DNA from: an uncultured bacterium
GTDB taxonomy: Bacteria; Acidobacteriota; Thermoanaerobaculia; Multivoradales; JAHZIX01
Length of the DNA stretch: 64,000 bases
Reading direction: 5' to 3'
Assembly: GCA_965368975.1 (NCBI GenBank)
Contig: CBDUPA010000005.1
Span: forward strand, 128,001 to 192,000
Shown: positions 1 through 7,682 of the stretch, piece by piece
Layout: each line of letters begins with the position of its first letter
Numbering within the stretch: the stretch's first letter is position 1
Program-made: the position numbers and the translations under genes
The notes under the pieces: model-generated
The model's database searches: none
What the model was told of the DNA's origin: nothing
The model's input: only the letters and a program-made list of their open reading frames with translations

Positions 1-211
1 GCGGGGCCATGCCGGCTGCACAGACCGCAGCATGGTTGAGTGCCAGGGCCCCGGCGATCCAGCGCCAGTGCTGGCGCCAACGAGGTGCCGCGACCAGGGC
101 GACGGCCGCGGCGGCATGCAGGGCCGCGGTAGCACGCAGGAGCGGCGAGGGTCTCCAGCCGGCAGAGGCCGCGTCGCAGAGCGGCGTCGCCTCGTCGGTG
201 GGTTCAACCAC
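1..211 (-). CDS. Polysaccharide deacetylase family protein, 5' part only (runs off the left edge)
   Basis: Not in the ORF track. Manual translation from GTG at 211 gives VVEPT...GWRPSPLLRATAALHAAAAVALVAAPRWRQHWRWIAGALALNHAAVCAAGMAPR, which resembles the N-terminal membrane segment of deacetylases in aryl-polyene-like clusters. Overlaps the ligase stop at 204. Confidence 0.6.
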   Translation of the reverse strand, partial: MVEPTDEATPLCDAASAGWRPSPLLRATAALHAAAAVALVAAPRWRQHWRWIAGALALNHAAVCAAGMAP

Positions 212-1730
212 GTCGCACCAAGGGTGCCAGGGCCAGCAGGGCGGCGCGGTCGAGCTTGCCACGACTGGTTCGCGGGATGCTTTTCAGCAGGAGGATGCTG
301 CGCGGCACCTTGTGCTCGGCGAGGTGGCGCCGGCACCACGCTTGCACGACCTCATAAGTCAAGGTCTCTGGTGGTCCGGCGACGAAGGCGCGCACCAGGT
401 GTCCCTCGCGGTTGGGGCGGGGCACGCCCAGGACGATTGCTTCCTCGACTCCTTCCAAGTGGCTCAGGACGGCTTCGACCTCGCGTGGGTTGACCTTCTT
501 GCCCTTGACGTTGATCAGGTCGTCGAGGCGTCCTTCGAGCACCAGCTCGCCGTCGCGCAGGCTGGCCAGGTCACGAGTGTAGAAGCTGCCGCCGTGAAGG
601 CCGCCGTGCTGGTCACCGGTCGGTGGCTCGCTGGAGGTAGGCTGGCGGCAGAGCTGGTCCTGCGTCGTCTCGGCAGTGCCCTCCAGGTAGCCACTGGCGA
701 CGGCTGGCGACGTGACGGTGACGGTCCCACGTTGCACGGTGCTGTTGCCGTTGCGCGCAACCGGGTCGAGTCGTAGCTCGACACCCTCGATCGGGGTGCC
801 CAGCGTGCCGCGCTCGGCGGCACCGCCATCGCGGTCATAGGTGATACCGCCGGCCTCGCTGGCGCCGTAGAACACGTGCACCGGCAGGTCGTAGACCTGG
901 CGGAAGAGGGCGGCGGTGTCCGGCCGCAACAGGGCCCCGGCCGAGATCACCCGGCGCAGCGAGGGTGGCAGCGGCGGCGGATTCTGACGCTTGAGCAGGG
1001 CTTGCAAGAAGGCTGGGACCGTCGGCAGGAAGGTCGCCTGCTGTTCAGCGGCCAGCTTCAGGGGGGCCAGGGGGTTGTCCTCTTCCGGCGTGATCAGAAC
1101 CGCATCGCGCACCAGCGCCGGCATCACGACGCTCGACAAGCCGTAGGAGTGCGACATGGGCACCGAACTGAGAATTCGCTCGTCCGGTCGCAAGTCCATG
1201 CTGGCGGCGAGTGAGGCATCGTCGGCGACCAGCGCCTCGGCCGGCGTCAGGATGCCGCGCGGTGTACCAGTCGAGCCCGAGGTCAGTTTGACCACCGCGA
1301 TGTCGGGGTCCAGCCGGCGAGGCTCACTGTCTGAGCCGGAGCGTATGTTCCGTCTTGCCGCCTGCTCCAGGACGAGGTCCTTGGCGTGCCGGGGCCAAGA
1401 GTGCTGGCAGTGCAGCACGGCGCTGCAGCCGAGGGCATGAGCGATGCGCTGCTTCTCGGCCGGAGGCGTGCGCCAGTCGAGCAAGAGGACCGGGCAGCCG
1501 GCTTGCCGTAGGCCCAGAAACGTGCCGAGGAAGCCGGGACCGTTGACGGCCGCGAGGGCGACGAGCGTGCCCGTGCGCACGCCGGACGACACCAGTAGCC
1601 GCGCCGTGGTCTGGCGCAAAGCGTCAACGTCTGAGACACTGGTGCGGTGGCGGCTGCCGAGGGTGAGAGGAGCGTGCGGTTGGCGGCTGCGCCGTTGGGC
1701 GAAGGCGGCCAAGATCGGGTCGCTGCGCAT
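204..1730 (-). CDS. AMP-dependent acyl-CoA/acyl-ACP synthetase (class I adenylate-forming enzyme)
   Basis: LTSGSTGTPRG P-loop, FYGASEAG, YTRD, GRLDDLINVKGKKVNPREVE, PRTSRGKLDR. Start placed at MRSDP (1730). Confidence 0.9.
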   Translation of the reverse strand: MRSDPILAAFAQRRSRQPHAPLTLGSRHRTSVSDVDALRQTTARLLVSSGVRTGTLVALAAVNGPGFLGTFLGLRQAGCPVLLLDWRTPPAEKQRIAHALGCSAVLHCQHSWPRHAKDLVLEQAARRNIRSGSDSEPRRLDPDIAVVKLTSGSTGTPRGILTPAEALVADDASLAASMDLRPDERILSSVPMSHSYGLSSVVMPALVRDAVLITPEEDNPLAPLKLAAEQQATFLPTVPAFLQALLKRQNPPPLPPSLRRVISAGALLRPDTAALFRQVYDLPVHVFYGASEAGGITYDRDGGAAERGTLGTPIEGVELRLDPVARNGNSTVQRGTVTVTSPAVASGYLEGTAETTQDQLCRQPTSSEPPTGDQHGGLHGGSFYTRDLASLRDGELVLEGRLDDLINVKGKKVNPREVEAVLSHLEGVEEAIVLGVPRPNREGHLVRAFVAGPPETLTYEVVQAWCRRHLAEHKVPRSILLLKSIPRTSRGKLDRAALLALAPLVRRG

Positions 1731-1737
1731 TCTATTG

Positions 1738-1747
1738 AGTATATACT
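1738..1747. promoter_or_regulatory. Palindromic bidirectional -10 element AGTATATACT
   Basis: Perfect 10-bp palindrome giving TATACT on both strands in the 56-bp gap between the divergent ligase and ACP genes. Confidence 0.6.
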
Positions 1748-1786
1748 GCCGGCCGTTCAGCAGACCCGCCAAGGAGAGCACCAGGG

Positions 1787-2062
1787 ATGTCGAGTGTCGA
1801 AACTCGTTCGCGAATCAAAGAGATCATTGTTGAAAGCCTCCACCTCGAGGGGATGACCCCGGAGAATCTCGAAGACGATATGTTGCTGTGGGGCGAAGGC
1901 CTCGGGCTGGACTCGGTAGATGCCCTCGAGTTGGTCGTGGCGTTGGAGAAGGAGTACGGCTTCAAGATCGAGAATGAGGAGATTGATCGCGAAGCACTGG
2001 CCAACGTTGCCAGCCTGGCAGAGTTCGTCGAGCAACTGCAGGCGAGCCAGGGGGTGCCCTGA
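1787..2062 (+). CDS. Acyl carrier protein
   Basis: GLGLDSVDALELVVALEKEYG phosphopantetheine Ser motif; acidic, 91 aa; AAGGAG RBS upstream. Confidence 0.95.
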   Translation: MSSVETRSRIKEIIVESLHLEGMTPENLEDDMLLWGEGLGLDSVDALELVVALEKEYGFKIENEEIDREALANVASLAEFVEQLQASQGVP

Positions 2063-2065
2063 GGT

Positions 2066-3418
2066 TTGGCACACCGAGACGGAGTCCGGGTCGTAGTGAC
2101 CGGAATCGGTGCGGTCAGTACCTGGGGGTGGGGAGCCGACGAGCTGTGGCGCGGCCTGAGTTCCGGCACGACAGGGATCGCCGGGGCCCGCCAGTTCGAC
2201 ACGCGCGGCCACCGTACGCGCATTGCGGGAGAGGTGCCAGCCGCAGCGCCAGAGCTGGCGCGTGGCTACCGGGATTGGTCCCGCTGGTCGCGGGCGGACC
2301 GTTTCGCCGTCGCGGCGGCGGCCGAAGCTTGGCGAGCGGCGGGTTGGACCCACCCCACTGAGGCTGATCCGGCGTTGCCGAATCCGGGCCTGGGTGTCTT
2401 CTTTGGTGGTTCCACCGCGGGGATGGCGGAGTGTGAGGCCGAGCTACGCGCGGCTCACCTCGACGGGCACCCAGATGGGCACCTTGAAGGGCACGTCATT
2501 GGGGAGAGACCGGCAGCCTGGAGTCCGCTAGCGTCGCACCAGCTCAACTGCCCAGGCGACGCGGTGGCGCGCACCTTCGGTGCCTGCGGCCCGGTGCAGT
2601 CGATCTCGTCGGCGTGCGCTTCCGGAGCGCTGGCCATCGGGGCCGCGATCGACGCCCTGCGTGCCGGCGACGTGGAGATGGCGCTGGCCGGGGGTTCCGA
2701 TTCGCTGTGCCAGCTGACCTACGCCGGTTTCAACTCGCTGCGCGCCGTCGACGCCGATCCCTGCCGGCCCTTCCGTGACGATCGCGCCGGCATGAGCCTG
2801 GGCGAAGGTGCCGGCATCCTGGTGCTGGAGACGCTGGAAGGGGCGCTGGCACGCGGCGCCGAGCCGCTCGCCGAACTCCTGGGATCGGGAGCCAGCTGCG
2901 ATGCGCACCACATGACGGCACCCCACCCGCGTGGTCAAGGTGCTGCCGCGGCCATGCGCGCCACGCTGCGCGATGCCGGGTTGACCGCGGACGCCGTCGA
3001 TTTCATCAACGCTCACGGCACCGGAACGCCGCTCAACGACGAGGCCGAAGGCCATGCACTGGCCGAGGTCTTCGGCGCGCGATGCCTTCCCGTGACATCG
3101 ACCAAAGCGTCGGTCGGCCACCTGCTCGGATCGTCAGGGGCGATCGAGGCCGTGGCGACGGTCCAGTGTCTGCGCGCCGGCTGCATTCACCCAGTGCCGA
3201 CGATTGCCGAGAGCACCCAAGACGACATCGACGTCGACCTGGTGCTCGGTCGAGCGCGTCCCCTGGCCTCAGGATCCGGGCGCGAGCGTTGGGTCGCCCT
3301 GTCGACCAGCTTCGGCTTCGGCGGCGCCAATGCGGCGCTGGCCCTGGCCGGGCCCGGTCTTGCAAGGAGTGTCTCGAGTGGTGCTCCGACTGGAGCGACC
3401 GGAGATGAGGAAAGCTGA
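2066..3418 (+). CDS. Beta-ketoacyl-ACP synthase (FabF-like KS, catalytic subunit)
   Basis: VVVTGIG, SSACASG (catalytic Cys), NAHGTGT, STKASVGHLLG, SFGFGG. Confidence 0.95.
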   Translation: MAHRDGVRVVVTGIGAVSTWGWGADELWRGLSSGTTGIAGARQFDTRGHRTRIAGEVPAAAPELARGYRDWSRWSRADRFAVAAAAEAWRAAGWTHPTEADPALPNPGLGVFFGGSTAGMAECEAELRAAHLDGHPDGHLEGHVIGERPAAWSPLASHQLNCPGDAVARTFGACGPVQSISSACASGALAIGAAIDALRAGDVEMALAGGSDSLCQLTYAGFNSLRAVDADPCRPFRDDRAGMSLGEGAGILVLETLEGALARGAEPLAELLGSGASCDAHHMTAPHPRGQGAAAAMRATLRDAGLTADAVDFINAHGTGTPLNDEAEGHALAEVFGARCLPVTSTKASVGHLLGSSGAIEAVATVQCLRAGCIHPVPTIAESTQDDIDVDLVLGRARPLASGSGRERWVALSTSFGFGGANAALALAGPGLARSVSSGAPTGATGDEES

Positions 3419-4668
3419 TGTCGAGTGCCGTCATCACCGGCCTCGGCGCGGTGCTCCCCGCTGGTCTGGGCCGTGAGGATCTGGCGAAGGCCCTGGCCGG
3501 GGGAGAACCCCGATGGTCCGAGGTCGAGCGTCACCCGAAGGCTCACCGCTGCGACAGTGCTCGGTTGGGTGGCCTGACCACTGGCCTCGATCTGTCGCCC
3601 TGGTTGTCCCCGCGACTGGCCCGCCGTATGAGTCCACCCTCCAAGCTGGCGGTGGCGGCGACGCTTATGGCTCTAGAGGACGCGGCTCTGCAAGACGCGG
3701 CTCTGGAGGACGCGACGCTGCAGACACAGCCGGAGGACCTCACCGCGGTCGTTGCGGCCAATGCGTTCGGCCCCAGCTCGTTCGTCGAGCGGTTCTTCCT
3801 GCAGACTCTGGACGAGGGGCCGACGGCGGCATCACCAGCCTTGTTTCCCGAGACCGTCGCCAATGCTCCCGCCGCCCACGTCGCCATGCTGTGCCACGCT
3901 ACCGGTGCCAACGTCACCGTGACGCAGCGCGAGGCCAGTGGTCTGCTGGCTCTGCAGCGCGGTGCGGCCGAAGTGATCAGCGGTAGGAGCCGCACTGCAC
4001 TGGTGCTGGCGGTCGATGAGTTGACGCCGCTGCTGCACGCCTTGCTGGACCGTTTTCATGCGCTGGCGCGTCCAGATGGCGACGGCGTCGAGATGGCCCG
4101 GCCGTTCGACCGTCGCCGCAACGGCTTCATCTTCGCCGAGGGTGCGACCGCGTTGGTGGTGGAATCCGAGAACGTCGCGCGCCGTCGAGGTGCGCCGATC
4201 CTCGCCCGTGTGCATTCGAGCGCCGCGGCCTTCGACCCTGGGGCCCCGCGCATCAGCTGGGGGCGTGATCCGGAGATCTTGGCCGCTGCCTTGAGTAGGT
4301 ATCTCGACCGCTTCGAGGTGCCCCTCGAATCGTTCGACCTCATCGTCTCGGGCGCCTCTGGTGCCCGCCGCGGTGATGCCCTGGAGGCCCAGGTGCTGAG
4401 GCGGGTGTGGGGCGAGCGCCCCTTGCCACCGATCCTGGCACCCAAAGCCGCGCTGGGAGAGCACACCGGTGTTGTCACCACTGCCGCACTCCTGGCCCTC
4501 CAGGGGCGAGCCTTCGGGCCGACACCGGGTTTTGCCGAGCCGGATCCCGAGCTGCAAATCGCACCCCTGGACGGGCGCGAACTCGGACAGGTGCGCCGCG
4601 TACTCTTGACCAGCCTGGCTTCCGGTGGTGCCGCGGCCTGGATGATTTTGGAAGGAGTCGAGACATGA
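3418..4668 (+). CDS. Ketosynthase chain-length-factor-like subunit
   Basis: KS fold motifs (VITGLG, PFDRRRNGFIFAEG) without the catalytic Cys/His (TQREASG, SGASG); coupled to the KS gene. Confidence 0.85.
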   Translation: MSSAVITGLGAVLPAGLGREDLAKALAGGEPRWSEVERHPKAHRCDSARLGGLTTGLDLSPWLSPRLARRMSPPSKLAVAATLMALEDAALQDAALEDATLQTQPEDLTAVVAANAFGPSSFVERFFLQTLDEGPTAASPALFPETVANAPAAHVAMLCHATGANVTVTQREASGLLALQRGAAEVISGRSRTALVLAVDELTPLLHALLDRFHALARPDGDGVEMARPFDRRRNGFIFAEGATALVVESENVARRRGAPILARVHSSAAAFDPGAPRISWGRDPEILAAALSRYLDRFEVPLESFDLIVSGASGARRGDALEAQVLRRVWGERPLPPILAPKAALGEHTGVVTTAALLALQGRAFGPTPGFAEPDPELQIAPLDGRELGQVRRVLLTSLASGGAAAWMILEGVET

Positions 4669-5384
4669 ATCGGTCGGCGATGGGACGTCCGGGGACGACC
4701 CCCGGGACCTATGCCATCACCATCCCCGCCTACCAGGCGGCCCCCTCGGTGGGCGACGTCGTGCGCCGTTGCCTGGCACTGGTTCCCGACGTGCTGGTGG
4801 TCGACGATGGTTCTGACGACGGTACGGCCGACGCCGCGCGTGCCGCTGGCGCCGAGGTGATGTCGCTGCCGACCAACCAAGGCAAGGGCGATGCCCTGGA
4901 ACTCGCCTTCAAGGAGCTGTTCGGGCGGGGCTTCGAGGCGGTCGTCACCGTCGATGCCGACGGGCAGCACCTGCCGGAGGAGATCCCCAAACTGCTGGCT
5001 GCCGCTGAGGAAGGCGCCGATCTCGTGCTCGGCAGCCGCGACCACCTGTTCGCCGAAATGAGCCGCCTACGCCGCACCAGCAACCGCCTGTCCTCGCGCG
5101 CCATCTCGCTGGTCGCGGGCGAGCCGCTGGGCGACGTCCAGACAGGATTTCGCTGGTATTCACGGCACCTGATCGAGACCTTGGGCTTCCCGGAGAGTCG
5201 TTTCGAGGCCGAGAGTGCCATCGTCGTTCGTGCCGCCCGCAACGGCTTCGAGATCGTCACGGTGCCCGTGCGCCTGGGCTTTGCCGATGGCCGTACCACC
5301 AGCCACTATCGACCGATGGTTGACAGCCTGCGCATCGCCGCCGCCGTCACGCACGCGCGTTTCGAGGGGGAGCGCGACGGATAG
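4665..5384 (+). CDS. Glycosyltransferase family 2 (DPM1-like)
   Basis: IPAYQ, VVDDGSDDGT, NQGKG, VDADGQH, DVQTGFR. ATG at 4665 overlaps the upstream stop. Confidence 0.9.
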   Translation: MNRSAMGRPGTTPGTYAITIPAYQAAPSVGDVVRRCLALVPDVLVVDDGSDDGTADAARAAGAEVMSLPTNQGKGDALELAFKELFGRGFEAVVTVDADGQHLPEEIPKLLAAAEEGADLVLGSRDHLFAEMSRLRRTSNRLSSRAISLVAGEPLGDVQTGFRWYSRHLIETLGFPESRFEAESAIVVRAARNGFEIVTVPVRLGFADGRTTSHYRPMVDSLRIAAAVTHARFEGERDG

Positions 5385-5424
5385 TCATCAGAGCCTAGCC
5401 ACCAGGACCCGAAGGAGAGATCTC

Positions 5425-5961
5425 ATGAAGAAGACACTCGCCGTCACGTTGTTCGCCGCAGTCTTTGCCGCTGGTATCGCGGTCGGGTCCTATGCCGCCC
5501 GCGGCGGCGATCGTGTCCGGCCTTCCGCGTGGGAAGGCCTGTCGCCCCGCGACGCCGCCGCTCACCTGCTCGAGATCGCCCACGAGCAAGCCGAGAACGG
5601 CAGCTGGGAGAACATCGACGTGGCCCGCGTCCACTATCTAGCCGGCAACGCGGTGGTCGCGGACGCGGTGTTCGAGAGATACACGGACAAGGACGAAGCG
5701 TCCGACCTGATCCGCATCGGCCGCATCTATGCGCACAATGGCGAGTGGGTCAAGTCCAAGCCCTACTTCGACCGCGTCGTCGAGATGGAGCCGGACGACG
5801 CCGACTGGCTGGCCGAGATCGGGGCTTTTTACAACCTCAACGGCGACCGTGAGCATGCCGAAGAGCTGTTCGCGCGCAGCTTCGACGAAGACTCGCGGGA
5901 TCTGGAGAACACCTTGACCGCGGCCGGTTCCTATCTGCAGGTGCCGCCGCGCAAGAGGTAG
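5425..5961 (+). CDS. Secreted TPR-containing protein
   Basis: AAGGAG RBS, signal peptide MKKTLAVTLFAAVFAAG, TPR-like helices. Confidence 0.75.
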   Translation: MKKTLAVTLFAAVFAAGIAVGSYAARGGDRVRPSAWEGLSPRDAAAHLLEIAHEQAENGSWENIDVARVHYLAGNAVVADAVFERYTDKDEASDLIRIGRIYAHNGEWVKSKPYFDRVVEMEPDDADWLAEIGAFYNLNGDREHAEELFARSFDEDSRDLENTLTAAGSYLQVPPRKR

Positions 5962-5970
5962 CTTGTCGAG

Positions 5971-6567
5971 TTACCAGACGAACGGCAGCAAGCGCCGCTT
6001 CACCTTCCGACAGTATTCCGCGTACGGCTCTCCGAGCTGCGCCAGCATGCGCTGCTCGTCCTGGAAGGCGCGTGTTCCCAGAGCCACACCGCAGAGCGCG
6101 AAGGTGACGAAGAGGTAAGGTCGCGGCAGAGCGATCAGGGGTGCACCGGCCGCGGCCAGGGCGCCGAGGTAGAGGGGGTTGCGCACGATGCCGAAAGGGC
6201 CGGTGCTCTGCAGCTCTTGGGGGCGCTCTTCGGGCTTACGCTGGACGAAGAGCGGGCCGATGTAGCGCCGTGCCCAGATCCAGAAGGCAATGGCGCCGGC
6301 GAAGGCGAAGGCACTGAGCACGGCGGGAAGGGTCTCGATGGGCTGAGCGCTCGGAAAGCCGAAGGCAGCGGTGAGACAGGTGAGCGTGACGTGCAGACTG
6401 ACGATGAGGGTGGCAGCGACGACGGCGACACGTTCGGCAGGGGAGTACTGCGGCAGGGAATCACTCATCGACTCCGGTCGAATGACGAAGAGCGGGATCC
6501 AGCCAAGGGTGTAGAGCGTGGCGAGGGCCAGTCCCCAATCGAGGGCCCATCCTGCTTGTAGCGTCAT
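5971..6567 (-). CDS. Isoprenylcysteine carboxyl methyltransferase / PEMT-family membrane methyltransferase
   Basis: Several TM helices; LQSTGPFGIVRNPLYLG and DEQRMLAQLGEPYAEYCRKV. Real start is MTLQ at 6567, inside the long track ORF. Confidence 0.85.
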   Translation of the reverse strand: MTLQAGWALDWGLALATLYTLGWIPLFVIRPESMSDSLPQYSPAERVAVVAATLIVSLHVTLTCLTAAFGFPSAQPIETLPAVLSAFAFAGAIAFWIWARRYIGPLFVQRKPEERPQELQSTGPFGIVRNPLYLGALAAAGAPLIALPRPYLFVTFALCGVALGTRAFQDEQRMLAQLGEPYAEYCRKVKRRLLPFVW

Positions 6568-7631
6568 GCTTGGACTCCGGAAGGCGAAGCAGTGGGGGTC
6601 TCGCCGACGAGGTTCGGCAGGCGGTGCAGGGACAGCCCCTGCGTCCACAGGGCGAGCAAGCCCGCCAGCAGCCAGATTGTTTCGTGGACGCGCAGCACGA
6701 GGCCGGCGAGGAAGCCCAGCTCGGCGCGTCCACGCAGCGCGGCGTGCAGCGCGACTTGACCGCCTTCGAGAGTGCCGAGACCGGCGGGGACGGGCACGAC
6801 CTTGACGACGCCGACGGTGATCACCATCAGCAGCACGACGGGCCAGGTGACGGCTAGACCGAAGGCGGACAGCAGGGCGTGATACTCGAGCAGGATCAGG
6901 CCCTCGATCAGCAGGGAGCCGAGAGTGCCCCAGAGCAGCAGTTGCGGGCGTCGCCGCGTGATGTCCATGAGGTCGTCTTCGACGCGCAGCACCAGGTCGA
7001 GCCAGCGCTGCCCCCAGGGGCGGGCCGACAGCCAGCGACGCGGCAGGACTGGCGTGACCGGTCTCTTGCCCAGACGTAGCCAGATCAGCGGCGCGATCAG
7101 GAAGGCGAGCAGCAGGCCGAAGGTGACGGCGGCGTGCTCGCGCAGAGTCTGCGTGAGCGTCAGCGAAACCACGGCGACGTAGACGGCGCTCGACAGGGTG
7201 TTGCCGATCACTTCCAGCAGGCGATCGAGGGCGACGCCGGTGCTGGCGGTCGAGCCGGGGACGCCGCGGCCGTAGATCAGGGCGATGCGCAGCGGGTCGC
7301 CCCCGAGGCCGCCCGCGGGAATCAAGGCCGCCACGGCATCTCCCGCCAGTCGGGCGGCGAGGAAGCGCGCGAAGCCGGGTGCAGGACCGAGAGCCCGCGC
7401 TACCAGGAACCAGCGTGCACTGAAGGCGAGGCGGACGGCGAGCGAGAGGGCCAGGTAGAGGGCAAAGCCTCCGAGGGACAACCGCGCCAGCGCCTGGTGC
7501 AGATCCGCGATGCCGAAGCGCGCGAAGAGCAGCCCGAGCCCAACCGACCCGAGCAGCGCGAGCAGCACCAGGAAGATCCACCTGCGGTGAGGTACCCAGG
7601 TTCTGGTGCGGCTGACGGGTTCCGGTTCCAT
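6564..7631 (-). CDS. Lysylphosphatidylglycerol synthase TM-domain (flippase-like) membrane protein
   Basis: Polytopic; RWFLV, IPAGGLGGDPLR, VALDRLLE, PVPAGLGTLEG. Confidence 0.85.
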   Translation of the reverse strand: MEPEPVSRTRTWVPHRRWIFLVLLALLGSVGLGLLFARFGIADLHQALARLSLGGFALYLALSLAVRLAFSARWFLVARALGPAPGFARFLAARLAGDAVAALIPAGGLGGDPLRIALIYGRGVPGSTASTGVALDRLLEVIGNTLSSAVYVAVVSLTLTQTLREHAAVTFGLLLAFLIAPLIWLRLGKRPVTPVLPRRWLSARPWGQRWLDLVLRVEDDLMDITRRRPQLLLWGTLGSLLIEGLILLEYHALLSAFGLAVTWPVVLLMVITVGVVKVVPVPAGLGTLEGGQVALHAALRGRAELGFLAGLVLRVHETIWLLAGLLALWTQGLSLHRLPNLVGETPTASPSGVQA

Positions 7632-7682
7632 TGCCGGCGATGATAGCCAATCCGGGCAGCCTCCAGTAGACTCCTGCTCTTT

